Of a DNA stretch of 64,000 nucleotides, positions 12,439 to 26,795 are shown one piece after another. The notes under the pieces are model-generated. The model saw only the letters and a program-made list of their open reading frames with translations. It was not told the DNA's origin and made no database searches. The position numbers and the translations under genes are program-made. Position 1 is the first letter of the stretch. Each line of letters begins with the position of its first letter. The DNA is from Macrostomum lignano (lineage: Eukaryota). The DNA lies in the NCBI GenBank assembly GCA_002269645.1, contig NIVC01002882.1, positions 62,001 through 126,000 of the forward strand, read 5' to 3'.

Positions 12439-12692
12439 ATGGTCTGCATTTGCCGTCGTCCATTGTTGTTTTGTCCGATTTGCTGGTAAGTTTTTAGTGC
12501 TGAAATTTCTTCTTTTAATAAAGAGCGGCGTTATCGAATCAGTCGACCGTTTTATACTGTATATTAAATTTACTCAGGGCGGCCAAGATAGCCGGAAGTT
12601 GCTGCTGCGTACATTGGCGAAGAAGAGTTCATATGGTTTCTGTGGTTGCTGCTGGTGCAGCTGTGCTGTCGGTCGTTGCACTCACAATGTGA
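12439..12692 (+). CDS. Type-B Cys micropeptide B2, 53 aa, hydrophobic C-terminal tail
   Basis: Exons 12439-12485 + 12578-12692, phase 2: MVCICRRPLLFCPICWAAKIAGSCCCVHWRRRVHMVSVVAAGAAVLSVVALTM*. Confidence 0.65.
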
Positions 12693-12897
12693 CATCAATT
12701 TGAATGGTCGGAAGTCTTAGTGCACGCAGAGAGCATGAACTTATTACGTGCAATACATGGTCCTATTGGTTGTATCTATTATTGTGTTAATGAGTTTTGC
12801 TTAATCAGAAGCGAAGCGTCTTCCGTTTGAACTTGAAAATGAATTGCTATTATTGGGCCTATATTTAAATCGTGTTTCTTTGAATACGACTTGAACA

Positions 12898-13153
12898 ACT
12901 CAGCAACATTGAAAAGTCGCCATCACAGAAGATTCCGTCTGTAGTCGCCACTTTTGAGAGTGCAGGTAAAGTCTGTCAATCTTTGCGAGTGACGCAACTC
13001 AGCTACGCCACGCAACAGATGGATTGCGGTGTGCGAGGGTTGGACGGAATTAAGACCGATCAGTTTTCTCGCATCTCGCATATTATTTCAGAATAGTACA
13101 AGAGAAATTGCTCACTGGTGACTTTTAGTGGCGACTTTGCAATGTTGCTGAGT
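12898..13153. mobile_element. 256-bp MITE with 25-bp TIRs
   Basis: ACTCAGCAACATTGAAAAGTCGCCA ... TGGCGACTTTGCAATGTTGCTGAGT (24/25 match); TSD unclear. Confidence 0.8.
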
Positions 13154-13270
13154 ATATTTCTACGAGTATAGCTGATAGTCTGACCTATTTCGAAATAGTT
13201 AAGAAAGTCTAAACTTCATTTTCTCCCAGAACTGTTACTCCTCACAACGAAAATGTTTTAGATAGCTATT

Positions 13271-14600
13271 GGGCCGTATCAAGGACAACTTGTCAAGGAC
13301 AAGGCCATAGAACAATGCTTTTAAACGAGCCTCATACTTTTTTCGCCATGAATTGGCTCGTTTCCGGTCCTGAGTTATCAAGTTGTCCTTGGCCGTATGC
13401 AGAAAGCTTAGTCCAGACTAGCTAGTCCGGACTGGGTAGTTTTGTCTAGGGGCTTCAAATCGGTATGCACAAAAGCTAGTCGCGACTACCGAGATTAGTC
13501 TAGGCTATACTATACTAGTCTAAGCTAGACAGAGCGCCCAACTTTAGCGCCTAGTTTTAATGAATTTTTTAGTTCTATGGTCCAAACCCCTGTAAATGCT
13601 TTCTGTTTATATACTGGGTCGCTAACTTAACCGTTTCTATACTGGTTCTCTGTGCATATGCGTATTCTTCTGAAATGTCAGCGACAACAGACTACGAAAC
13701 AGTTCTTCTTGACGTTCTACAAGGACATTCGGCTTCTGCTTCGGCTTCGGCCCTCTGGGTTTTGATATGGAGTGAGTAGAAAATCGTTCGTAGAGTCGGT
13801 ATCCAGAATCTCCGACTAGATAGCCCTCCGATTGGGCGTCTAGAAGCGATCCGAAAAGAAAACTGTTGCGAAATATTCTCGAGTCATGGACCGAACCAGG
13901 CCATTGAGCAGTTATTTCGAGAAAGAAGTATCTCGCATCGTAGACTGCTTGGACGTTAATAGAGTGGTAGTTTTTACGATTAATGAATTCATCTGGAAAG
14001 TTCTCATCAGATGGCCTTTGAATTCGTACATGCGTACAGTCGATAGCACCGATTACATCTGCCAGTTGACTAATTTGATTAAACCCTGTTGACACTCGCC
14101 TCCGCTCAACACCTGGCTCTGGATAGCGGATGTTATTCAAGCGGAGATTCAGTATCCTGACCACTCCCCAGTAGCAGCGGGACATGGTGCTTTGGTCGAT
14201 ACCTCCAAGAGCAGGTTCTGCTGAAAGCTTCCAGTGCCGAGATAAGATAGTGTCTGGCACAGCTGTAGCATGGGAGTCAGGCTTCTGTTACGCATTGTCG
14301 TCCGTTCGAGATCTGTCTCGACAAGCTCCACAAGTGATAGAAGTGATCTAGGTTCGAACCGAAACAGCCTTTTAATTTCAACCTCCGAGAATTGTTGAAG
14401 TGGCTCCAACCCATGGATGAATGAATAGAATGGATTGCTATTCTGGCTCTGGCTATTTTCGTTTTTGACTCTTTTGCATCCGGTTCCCCCCCGTGCCTTT
14501 TCATTGGTTGATGATTGCCATAGACAATTTTCGGCCTTCGCCCCTTTCTTTCGATGCACAAGCGCTTTCGCTCGTGTTTTGAAATAAAGGGGGGTCGTTC
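13271..14600 (-). mobile_element. PIF/Harbinger element remnant with transposase pseudogene (~13780-14480)
   Basis: LGTGSFQ..GIDQSTMSR..IGAIDCTHVRI..INRKNYHSINVQ..WPGSVHDSRIF..GDSGY (HARBI1-type motifs); frameshifts, C-terminus deleted; terminus GGGCCGTATGCAGAAAGCT with CTAGTC/CTAGAC subterminal repeats. Confidence 0.92.
13280..13391. mobile_element. 112-bp MITE with perfect 13-bp TIRs inserted in the Harbinger terminus
   Basis: GCCGTAT|CAAGGACAACTTG...CAAGTTGTCCTTG|GCCGTAT; internal sequence similar to the 7846-7908 MITE. Confidence 0.85.
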
Positions 14601-17600
14601 TCAAAGCTAGGTCACAACTTTTTGTTATTGCAAAAAAAGTTTATACATCGACCAATAATCGTACAAAAAAAAATTATTTCGACAATTTCTGTAAGAAGCT
14701 GCTACTAAAACCACAAGAAAACTTGAAATTGAGAAGAAATCAAGGCTATTTGTTATTCTTTGTTGCGGAAAATAAACGACAAAAATATTAAAGAGAAAAT
14801 AAAATTTTCTTCCATTTTTATTTTAAATATGCAGTTAAATTACTTTTGCAAAAATAAAAGAACAAGAAATTGACAAAGGAAATGTTTTTGAGCACAGCAT
14901 TTTGTTACTCTGCTCTAAATCCCATACATTTAAAATTATCGTGTGCGAAAAAGTGCGAAATTATTATAGCACGCACTCGAAAGAACTTCGATCAGTTTAA
15001 CTAATCACTGAATTAAGAAGTCTAAATAAGTCTTGAAAGGTTGAATTAAAAATCAAGTTTTCACTATATGTATCTTTTCAAAGGCAAGATGATTCGACAA
15101 ATAAAGAATGTTCATTTTTACCTTGAATAGAATTGTTCATTTTTACATTAAATATAATAAAATCTAACTAATAATAGAAAAAGTCAGGGAACTATCCTTG
15201 AACACCAAAAAGCACATTGTGGATTTAATATCGACTGCATGTTCCTTAATAAATGAATTCAGATACTAGTATATATTTGATTATTTGTAGCATAATTTAT
15301 TAATTTCTGAAAACTATAACTTGCTTGATTTTACTTTAAGTACTCATTACATTAATACTTATACCAAAGCTACATGTACTTAAAATAAAAAATTATAGTT
15401 ACTTATTAGACATTTTACTCCAATTAACTTAAAATAATTCAAATTTATTTTAATTAATTCATTTTTTGAAACTTTTTGAAAACTAGACAAAATTGAATTA
15501 TTTCTGAATTATTGAATTGAATTACCAAAAACCTACTAGCTTAACTAAAATAGCAATTAGTCTTTAAGAAAAGATTTCACTTGTTAATTGAGAAAAATGA
15601 GGATGTGCGAGGTGTAAAAATGCGAAAGAGCATGCAGGAAACAGAGACAAACAAAAATGTAGGTAAAAGACACTGCACACGCACATAATATGATAACCAG
15701 ACATAATGCGCACACTGAAACACCAGTAGCAATGACGCCCAAGCTTTTGATGATCACAAGCGAAAAGGCAAAACCCAGCCATCAATCAAAGAAGTAGACT
15801 ATAGCACGTATCTTGAGTGCATCACGCATTTTTTGCAGAGAAGCTCGAAAATTAACATTGTATTCTGTGCACAACCACCAACTGCGACAGGGTCTGCCGG
15901 GGGATTTGTGGGCACGCGGTCGCGGATACAAATCGGAGGAGTCGCTGACCAATCTGAAATTACATGCTAGTACATGTAATTTTGTGTATTAATATATTTA
16001 GCCCGCTTTATTTCTATGCTCTCGTCCGCCTCTCGTTAATGCATCCCCAGACTCATGCAATAATCAAACTTATGATCGAACTATGCATGGCTTCCGTCCC
16101 TCGCTTTGAATCTCTCACCTCCCCATAGTTCCATCAACCTTACCGTAGTGGCTTCCTATGCAAAAATCATCCCTCCGCATCTTACACAGGCTACTTCAGG
16201 CTGTAGACTGTACTACACTATTAATTAGTTGCGCTAAGGAATCTACATGTATTTGCTCGCAGCGCAGCGCGCTGCTCAAATAAGTTTAGATCTATCTAGA
16301 TCTAGTAATTTCAGGTTTGTCCATAGACTAGAGCTCATGAGATGAGAATTCCATTAACTAGTACATTTAATATGAATGAACTGCGTGTGTGTGTGCTGTG
16401 CATACATATGTATAATATACGAGTAGTTTATGGGCCAAATTATTGTGTGGCACAATTCTTGGCATCACTCAGCAGGCACAAGATGCAGTTAAGCAGCGCA
16501 CGAAAATTCTACAAAAGAAATTGAGCCTGGTTGAGGTGATGCGAGGAGGCAGATCCACACAATCTCAGTGAATACACCAGACTGCACCAGATACGAGTCC
16601 AGTCGAATGTGCGCACTGGTCTAAGCAGCACACGCATGTCCTCCTGACAATGACGGCACCTAGCTTCGTCCAAGCCTTTGCCAGCGTCACTGACAGCGTC
16701 AATACTACCATGCAGTGCCACCTGCAGCACCGACAACGGCAATTCCTCCAGTTAGCCCACAACAGTGGCTAAACTGAGGGACAGGGAACCTACCCGTAGA
16801 AGACACACACATACACACACAGCACCGGCAGCAGCACTCTGACAGCATAACCTAAAGCTCCATGAGCTCAGTTTTCAAGCATTGAAGAAGCAGAAGCAGT
16901 CATCTTGAATCCAGGGATCAGGAAGAGTGTTGCATGTCCGACATGTGCTGTTTCCGTGGCAAAAGGTGATGGAGCAAATTAATCAACACTTACTATCTAG
17001 CTCGTATTAAGACAAAAAAACTGAGGCAAGCTGGGATTAAACCAAAGAAAATTTTTTACTATACTTTTTTACCATACTTTTACTATACTTCTATAGTATA
17101 GTAGAGAGGTACTCTATTTAAATGCAGTAAGAAGTGAAACAAATTTATATATTTAATTATTAAATTAAATTAATTCAAGGTAAATAACTAATTTAACCAA
17201 TTTATTAGGAGTATTTAATATTATAATAAATTGATTTTTATACCTTATACGAAATAAGCTCTACATTCATTTCTTAGCTTGGGGCCCATCTGTATAAGGT
17301 CAGTTTCTTCAAAATGCTGATTAATTAATTAAGGCCTGTTGTCTTTAATTAAATTTATAAGGGCATCTTAGAAGTTAATATTACTATATAATACATGTAT
17401 AATATTATTACTATATTATAATAATATAGTTGCAATTTTAATGACTATTGAATAAGTCTAAATGCTTCCCCTATTGACTTTAAATATATGGTATCTTTCC
17501 CTTCAGAAAAAATTTGCATAGAATGACTTGATGAAAACAAAAAAAATCATTTCGAGATACACATTTGCTGATCATTCAGGTCAAATTTCAAGGTCCAGTT

Positions 17601-18694
17601 TTGCACATGTTTCTCTGTAGCTTGGTTACAAGGATTCTAATAAAAATATAATAAATATGTCCAATGAACTAACTGATACATAGCCAAATTGAAGTATTTT
17701 CAAAAACAAAAAAAATCATTTGCTCAGTTTACTTTACTGGATATCTGTGTAAAATTTCAGCTCAAAAGGTGCTCCATGGAGAATGCTAGTGTGGTTACAG
17801 GATATTTATTTTGTGCTTCAAAGTAGGAGTTTATTGCGATGCATGGTTGCTTTTAATTATTTTTATCAACAATAGTGCTCTATTTCATAACAATTTTTTA
17901 CAAAAAGATAATAAGACATGTTTTTCTAATTATCTGCATCAAAATGTATCATTTTAAGCGCACATTCTAGACGTCAGCTGAAAAATACATTTTGTGAGAT
18001 GAGAAGAGGCTATCCCACCGGAAATGCTAGGCGTACAATTAAGCGTCTATAAAATAATTTATAGTGCAGTTTATTAAGCTTTAAAAAATCTTAAATTAAA
18101 TTTACATAAGCTTTCATTTTAAATGTAATATAGCAAGGTTTCAACACAACAACAACTTTTTTTAGCTACAGACATCTTGTAGTATCAAAAATTAACATCG
18201 GTAAAATGATTGAATTTGAATTTTTTCATCGCTAATTATCGCTTAATACCGCCAGATGATTAAAAACACTTTTGCATGATAAAGTTCAACCCAAAAATTA
18301 TCTTTATTCACAGATAAAAGTGTCCTATTATTTTCAATATGGCAGTAACAATAGTAAATGTTCGGAAAATTGTTAAAATTTTTGCTCCTCCTAGAATTTG
18401 CGAACGACCCACGGGGAAGACCTACAAGCACGATTCGAGAGTCGATTCGTCTACAATAAAATCAGTTCTTTGCGCTTGTTGTTGTAGCATTATTATTATT
18501 ATTATTATTATTGTAGCATTGTCATCGCACCCTCATCATCACCCTCGACATGAAAATCTGAAATCATTACTGTTGTAACTTGCAGGGGATTTGTTATCAT
18601 TCCTCTGCTTCAATTAACAACTTCAATTGACAAACAAGTAACCAGAGAATATCGAGCGCTCGATATTCTCTGCAAGTAACTGACATTCTCAGTT

Positions 18695-19185
18695 CTTTGC
18701 GCTTGTGCATCGAAAGAAAGGGGCGAAGGCCGAAAACTGTCCATGGCAATCACCAACCAATGAAAAGGCACGGGGGGAACCGGATGCAAAAGAGTCAAAA
18801 ACGAAAATAGCCAGAGCCAGAATAGCAATCCATTCTATTCATTCATCCATGCTCCAACCGATCACGAAATATGCGTTGTCGACGGAGGTCTCGCTGAACT
18901 AAATCTATCGCAACCAAAATATTCATTTCTTTCAATCGTCTAAGGGCGTAGGCAATGCAAAATTAGCTATCAAGACAGCTCTAGAGCAGGTTAGGTTTTG
19001 TCTAGTCCAGGCTAACTAGTCAAAGTTTTTATGCATACCAAAGTAAGACTAAACTACCATAGACAGAACTAGGGTAGTTTTTCTATGCTAGACCGGTCTA
19101 AATTTGTGTTTCTGCATACCAAATCCGAGTCCAGACTAGCTTTTCAAGACCGGACTACCCTAGACAGAGCTTTGTGCATACGGCC
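18695..19185 (+). mobile_element. Second, deleted Harbinger copy in inverted orientation
   Basis: 18695-18860 is the reverse complement of ~14405-14575; terminus AGCTTTGTGCATACGGCCC matches the 13271 end. Confidence 0.85.
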
Positions 19186-19329
19186 CATCTACGAGTTACG
19201 TTTTAGAAACTGATGAAGACAAACTGTAAGTTTTTTAGATTAGGTGCGTTAATTTAAGATTAAAATAAATAAAATGATATGAATCCATATATTTCTATCA
19301 AATATTTTTAATGCTCACTAAAGTCTTAC

Positions 19330-20418
<1,089 letters not shown>

Positions 20419-20479
20419 CAACAACAACAATAATAATAATAATGCCATTATTAATAGTGATCGATAAAATAATAAATGA

Positions 20480-20745
20480 TTACACCTGCCACAATGAGCA
20501 GATGTGCAACCGACAGCTCAGCCGCAGCTATTGCGCGGCGCATCTGAAGGCTGCGTACGGCTGTTCAGTCCAAGGACTGGCTGATCACCACACACACCCT
20601 CAATTACCCCAGCTAATGCTGGCACCAATTTTACAGCTGGGTGAACTGACGCAATGCAGAGTAATGTGTCTTGCTCAAGGACACAAATTGTTCCGAGTGG
20701 TTTTAGAATCGAACCTCCGACCTTTCAGTCGTCGTGCTAACTACT
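20480..20745 (-). mobile_element. tRNA/CORE-like SINE copy 2
   Basis: Reverse complement aligns with copies 1, 3, 4. Confidence 0.8.
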
Positions 20746-21044
20746 AATCTACAATCCCGACTTGATTTCTATTGAAATCGATGTCAGTCAGGGGTATGAA
20801 GCCAGGAAGATGCAAATCCTTAAGCTTGTATCGGACCCATCGAATGGCATAGACAGGCTACTACCTTGTTCTGGAAGCTGGAAACTGTTTGAGCTGCTTG
20901 AGTCTATTGTTGTTCAAAGCGTCTGCAACAAAAATAATCTTCCCCAGAGATGGCTTACAACATAAAGCGCTTGCTATTAAATTACCAAAGAGCAGTAAAA
21001 CTCAGATATTTGTTATACAGCCAGTTTAAAAGAGTAAAGAGCGA

Positions 21045-21881
21045 ATGTTCTGCGCTTGCCCTATTCCTCTTTGTCCATTGTGCGTGTAAGTTTTTGCTGC
21101 TGATACTTTTCTGCTACTACGAGCGTACATGGTGGCGTTAATTCAGTCAGTCAGTCAGTCAGTCAGTCAGTCAGTCAGTCAGTCAGTCTAACAGTCAGTC
21201 AGGCAGTCAGTCAGTCAGTCAGTCAGTCAGTCAGTCAGTCAGTCAGTCAGTCAGTCAGTCAGTCTAACAGTCAGTCAGGCAGTCAGTCAGTCAGTCAGTC
21301 AGTCAGTCAGTCAGTCAGTCAGTCAGTCAGTCAGTCAGTCAGTCAGTCAGTCAGTCAGTCAGTCAGTCAGTCAGTCAGTCAGTCAGTCAGTCAGTCAGTC
21401 AGTCAGTCAGTCAGTCAGTCGGTCAGTCAGTCAGTCAGTCAGTCAGTCAGTCAGTCAGTCAGTCAGTCAGTCAGTCAGTCAGTCAGTCAGTCAGTCAGTC
21501 AGTCAGTCAGTCAGTCAGTCAGTCAGTCAGTCAGTCAGTCAGTCAGTCAGTCAGTCTAACAGTCAGTCAGGCAGTCAGTCAGTCTAACAGTCAGTCAGGC
21601 AGTCAGTCAGTCAGTCAGTCAGTCAGTCAGTCAGTCAGTCAGTCAGTCAGTCAGTCAGTCAGTCAGTCAGTCAGTCAGTCAGTCAGTCAGTCAGTCAGTC
21701 AGTCAGTCAGTCAGTCAGTCAGTCAGTCAGTCAGTCAATATTATTTTTCTACATTTCTACACCATTCAGAATCGCTGTGACATTCGGAAGTTGCTGCTGC
21801 GTACATTGGGGAAGAGTTCATCTGGTTTCTGCGGCTGCTGCTGGTGCAGCTGTGTTGTCGGTTGTTGTTTTTATGCTGTGA
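21045..21881 (+). CDS. Type-B Cys micropeptide B3, 50 aa
   Basis: Exons 21045-21085 + 21770-21881, phase 2, intron filled by (AGTC)n 21143-21737: MFCACPIPLCPLCVIAVTFGSCCCVHWGRVHLVSAAAAGAAVLSVVVFML*. Confidence 0.65.
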
Positions 21882-22185
21882 AGTCAATTTGAAAGATCTG
21901 AAGGTTTAGTTTACGCAGAGAACATGATCGTAGTCTATGCTGAACATGTATCAATGAGTTTTGCTTAATCAGTAGCATCTTCCATTTGGACTTGGAATTC
22001 GATTGTCATTAGACCAATGTTTAAATCGTGTTTCGATGGATATTTCCATAATGATATTGAACCAGCTGATACCTAATTCTATAATTTGATTAAGAAAGTA
22101 TTAGATTCTGTTTTAGAAACTGACAAAGAGAAACAGTACGTTGTTAATTGGGCGTTAATTTAATTTAAATAATAATATTAATAAT

Positions 22186-22420
22186 TGATTACACCTGCTC
22201 CAATTGGCGGCCCATCTGAAGGCTGCGTACGGCTGTTCAGTCCAAGGACTGGCGGGGGGTCGCCACACACCCTCAATTACCCCAGCTAATGCTGGCACCA
22301 ATTTTACAGCTGAGTGAACTGAAGCAATGCAAGAGTTAAGTGTCTTGCTCAAGGACACAAATTGTTCCAGTGAGATCGGGAATCGAACCCCCGACCTTCA
22401 AGTCGTGAGCCCGAGGCTAC
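22186..22420 (-). mobile_element. tRNA/CORE-like SINE copy 3
   Basis: Reverse complement aligns with the other copies; B-box GGTTCGATTCC. Confidence 0.8.
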
Positions 22421-23127
22421 AACCCTTAGCCTAGTGGTTAGAACATGAATCTATAGATTAATCTAATCTAATCTATAGATCTAATCTATAGATCTTAGAT
22501 CCACTAAAGCCATTTACATTGTAGTCCTACTTACTACGCATACACTACATGCAGTCGCTGAGTACAATAAACTGTGAAGTACCTCATCGTCTTAACTTAG
22601 CACAGGCATTGATATTATTTATAGTTCGTCATTTTCGGTTTCGCTGCGTACTACGAGTATCGCCATTGTGGAATTTACGAGTATATTAGCTAGCTACGAT
22701 GGACATGAGTCTTATACTATGTACAGTACATCTACTTCGTGTACAGCTGCACTATGCATTGAACAAACGATAAAGGATTTCCAATCCAGTAAAATTAACA
22801 AACCAACAGGCTAACTAGCAAATACTCGACTCTGATTTGCATTGATTCGCTCAGATGCACAGCAAATTTCGGTGAAAGGTACGAGTAGTGGGGGGGGGCA
22901 GGTGGACAGAATACATAATTTTCAACCCACCTAGAATGGATGAGATCTCTGCTGAGAACAGGGTAGAACCGTGTAGAACAGAAGGTTCTGGGATAACAGT
23001 TCTGGGAATGACGTCTACATGTACAGATGATGCATTTAATGAGCCACAGCCTTCGACTAGGCTTTCTTACTTTTTATGGAAATAGATTTCGTTAATTTCT
23101 TTTAAACTGACGTTACGCGCCGAAACT

Positions 23128-23291
23128 ATGTTGACACCATGCTGTCCGTGGGGTATTTTATGCGGCAATTGTCGGTAAGTACAGAAGTCAGTAATTACAT
23201 TCACTCTCAGCAGTCAATAGCGACTAAATTTTAACCGCAATGTGTTGATAGGGCTGCTTGGAGAGAAGGAAGGTGTTGCTGCAGGCACTGA
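23128..23291 (+). CDS. Type-C Cys/His micropeptide C4, 28 aa
   Basis: Exons 23128-23174 + 23252-23291, phase 2: MLTPCCPWGILCGNCRAAWREGRCCCRH*; same exon lengths and stop as C2. Confidence 0.72.
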
Positions 23292-24064
23292 GAAGCTGTG
23301 ACCACTTTTGAATTCTTCAGATGTCGATTAAAACCTGTTCATGACACTTTACTTGTATATTCATCTCTGACATATTGGCTTAAAAACATCTTTTGAAAAA
23401 CTTTATTTTCTGAAGAAGAATTTGTTTTAGTTTTAAACAAATTTTCTTTTTTTTCTTAAAATATCTAAAACTCTTTATTAACTAAAGGCGTTTTCAGTTT
23501 TCGCTCTGTTTTTAAATAAAAATGATTTTACGTGACACAGCAAAGTTGTGACACATGACACGTCATCAGAAAACATACATTTGGTCTCTTTTACGTCTCG
23601 CAGCCTTAGAATAGCATTCAGAAACTCGAGGAATGTGCGATGGACTGCGGGGCCAGTGAGAAGTTGGAAGTGGTTGAGTTGGCTGGGGGATTCGCCTATA
23701 GTCGAACATGGAACTTTGTGTGGGCGTTCATCAGGAGTCTACCGAAGGTACCAGCTTGCAAGACTACTATGAGTAGCATATGAGAGAACGTGAACTCTAT
23801 GATTTACAGATGCTCATTGCAATCGTTACGGTAGCAGACCTCTACCACGATCTCTACCAAAACAAAAGGATTTAATGAGGCAGTGTCTAGCTTAGTAATA
23901 TATAGTAAATCCTTGGGTTAATTATTTCCCTAATGAATAAATAAAAAGCAAAATAAAGGTAAGCGCTGACTTAAGACTCTAGCAATAAGCAAAATGCGTA
24001 TTGGCCCAAAATTAGTAATTAGTAAATTAGTAATTAGTAATGATTACAAACAAGAGTCTATAAG

Positions 24065-24660
24065 AGAGCTGCAGGGACCTGTAGAGCGCGTCGAGGGCTC
24101 GGTCTGGTGTGTCGGTCATCTGCACCGCTTCCATGCCGTACAGGAGGACCGGCTCCACGGCCGCTCAGAAGAGGCGCACCTTCAGGCCGTCCCTCGCAGC
24201 TGAGTTGAAGACATTCGGACCGAGCAGGTGCGCCGGGCGCCTAGATTTGATTCCTCTTGTCGGAGACCGGAGACGATGGAGTCTGCGGACTCGTTGCTAA
24301 AGCGATCCGAGGTACCGGAAGTCCTCACCACACACGGCGATGGCGTCTCTGTTAGGCAGCGCAAGTGCCCACGTGCATCCCCTCTGTCTTGTGTGTTGAC
24401 CGGGTGCGCCCTGTCCTGAAGAGCCCTCAAGAGCGCCTTGTCAACGGCGTACGCGAGAGCAGGCAGCGGAACACCAGGATGTTGCAGGAGTTTCGCGTGG
24501 AACTAGCAAGTAGCTGTCGTCCTCTTGAAGGAAGCGGCAGAGCACATAATCCACAACCCTGATGAAAAGCAGGGGAACCAGCCTGTCGCCCTGCATGACG
24601 CTGGAGGCTGTGCTGCATTGGAATCAGTGTTCAGGTCCATAACCGTATTTACCAGTGCAG
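24065..24660 (-). mobile_element. RTE/RTEX-like LINE reverse transcriptase fragment
   Basis: VMQGDRLVPLLFIRVVDYV..LAYAVD (decayed YADD)..DFRYLGS..LKVRLF*AAVEPVLLYG. Confidence 0.8.
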
Positions 24661-24682
24661 CGGGAACAGCAGTAGTAGGACC

Positions 24683-25130
24683 ATGGCGCTGAGCGCCAGA
24701 CCACTCGACCAGTCCGACTCAGTTGCCGCCGACTGCTGGGACCGTCTCCTCGACCTCCAAAGAGCTGGCATCAAGACCAAATTCATCTGGGTCCCGGCTC
24801 ACTGCGGCGTGTCCGGCAACGAAGCCGCGGACGAGGCGGCCAACCGAGCTGCCGCCCTGGACCAAAGCCGCGCGCCAATTCAACTCAGCGCCGCCAAGGC
24901 AGCCATCCGCCGCTGCAGACGCGCGCTCGACACCGCCGCCACGGGACCGGCCTGGCCTCCCGCAACGGACCTGCCTAGGAAGCACCAGGTGCTCATCAAC
25001 CAACTCCGGGCGGGGACCAGCATCATCAATGGTACCACCCGTCACCGCATGGGACTCGACACGTCGCTCCTCTGCCCCGACTGCGGCGCGGAGGACACCG
25101 TCGATCACCTAATCTACCACTGGAGGCGCG
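24683..25130 (+). mobile_element. LINE RNase H + zinc knuckle fragment (I/Ingi-like)
   Basis: FIWVPAHCGVSGNEAADEAA..QLRAG..CPDCG..DTVDHL. Confidence 0.85.
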
Positions 25131-25289
25131 GGGACGGATCGAGAGCACTCAGCGGCACGCCGGTGACATGAGCTGGTGCTGGATCTCGGTCCGCTGGACG
25201 TAGGTGCTCTGCAGCTGGACCAGAGCAGTACTGTCCTGGTCGCTGTCGTGGCCGTGAATGACAGTGGCTCGAGTGGGACAATTTCCAGG

Positions 25290-25620
25290 TCGTATGGTTG
25301 ATTAGATTTGCTGTCGTGAATTTTGTCGTGAGCAAGAATCCCACAAAGACAGAGGTCCTCCACGACACCATGGGTCACCTGCTGGATGTAAATCCATCCT
25401 ATGATCTTGTTTTTGTTTTCGGTGACTTCAATGCGCCTCTGCCCTTAACGGCACTATGAGGCAGCGTCTCTGCAAACTCCCCAACTTTCTTTGGCCCCAG
25501 CGGGCGGACCAGGCGGTTAGACAGGGTCTTCTGCCCCTTTGCTCTCCGGTCCAGAGGGCACAGAGTGACCAACATCCGCCCTATTTGCTTGAAGTCCGAC
25601 ATCGACTAACGCTGGACCTG
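25290..25620 (+). mobile_element. LINE APE endonuclease fragment (RTE-like)
   Basis: LVFVFGDFNAPL..RLDRVF..SDID. Confidence 0.65.
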
Positions 25621-25784
25621 AGAAACCCGAAGACTCGGACAGCCTTCCATGGCCGTCCTGGCAAAGGTTCCCAGTAAGTCAGACCTCAAAATAAGTGGCT
25701 CGGGAAGAAAGGCAAGAAAGACTCCGCGTTGGTAAGAACCAATTATTTGAGGAATGTGAGCCCCAAAATGCTCACTGATCTGAG

Positions 25785-26012
25785 AGAGTCAGGATGAGAG
25801 AGATTCAGGTTGAGAGAGAGTCAGGATGAAAGAGATTCAGGTTGAGAGAGAGAGTCAGGATGAGAGAGATTCAGGATGAGAAAGATTCAGGTTGAGAGAG
25901 AGTCAGGATGAAAGAGATTCAGGTTGAGAGAGAGAGTCAGGTTGAGAGAGATTCAGGTTGAGAGAGAGGATGAGAGAGAGTCAGGATGAGAGAGTCAGGG
26001 TCAGAAAATCAA

Positions 26013-26048
<36 letters not shown>

Positions 26049-26173
26049 GATCAGAAAATCAAGATGAGAGAGAGAGAGAGAGAGTCAGGATCAGAGAATC
26101 AAGATGAGAGAGAAAGAGTCAGGATCAGAGAATCAAGATGAGAGAGAAAGAGTCAGGATCAGAGAATCAAGAT

Positions 26174-26204
<31 letters not shown>

Positions 26205-26337
26205 GATCAGAAAATCAAGATGAGAGAGAGAGAGAGAGAGAGAGAGTCAGGATCAGAAAATCAAGATGAGAGAGAGAGAGAGTCAGGATCAGAGAATCAA
26301 GATGAGAGAGAGAGAGTCAGGATCAGAGAATCAAGAT

Positions 26338-26368
<31 letters not shown>

Positions 26369-26416
26369 GATCAGAAAATCAAGATGAGAGAGAAAGAGTC
26401 AGGATCAGAGAATCAA

Positions 26417-26454
<38 letters not shown>

Positions 26455-26468
26455 GATCAGAAAATCAA

Positions 26469-26508
<40 letters not shown>

Positions 26509-26556
26509 GATCAGAGAATCAAGATGAGAGAGAAAGAGTCAGGATCAGAGAATCAA

Positions 26557-26602
<46 letters not shown>

Positions 26603-26619
26603 GATCAGAAAATCAAGAT

Positions 26620-26650
<31 letters not shown>

Positions 26651-26795
26651 GATCAGAAAATCAAGATGAGAGAGAGAGAGAGTCAGGATCAGAGAATCAA
26701 GATGAGAGAGAGAGAGTCAGGATCAGAGAATCAAGATGAGAGAGAGAGAGTCAGGATGAGAGAGAGTCAGGATGAGAGAGAGTCAGGTTGAGAGT
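25785..26795. repeat. Compound GAGTCAGGATCAGAGAATCAAGAT(GA)n tandem repeat
   Basis: Direct reading. Confidence 0.95.

Noticed and set aside
15570-16970. Cys-containing or hydrophobic fragments (CARCKN..KQKC, WSATPPIC, RCRHCQED, MSDMCCFRGK)
   Set aside because: Multiple stops, no consistent strand, frame or splice pattern
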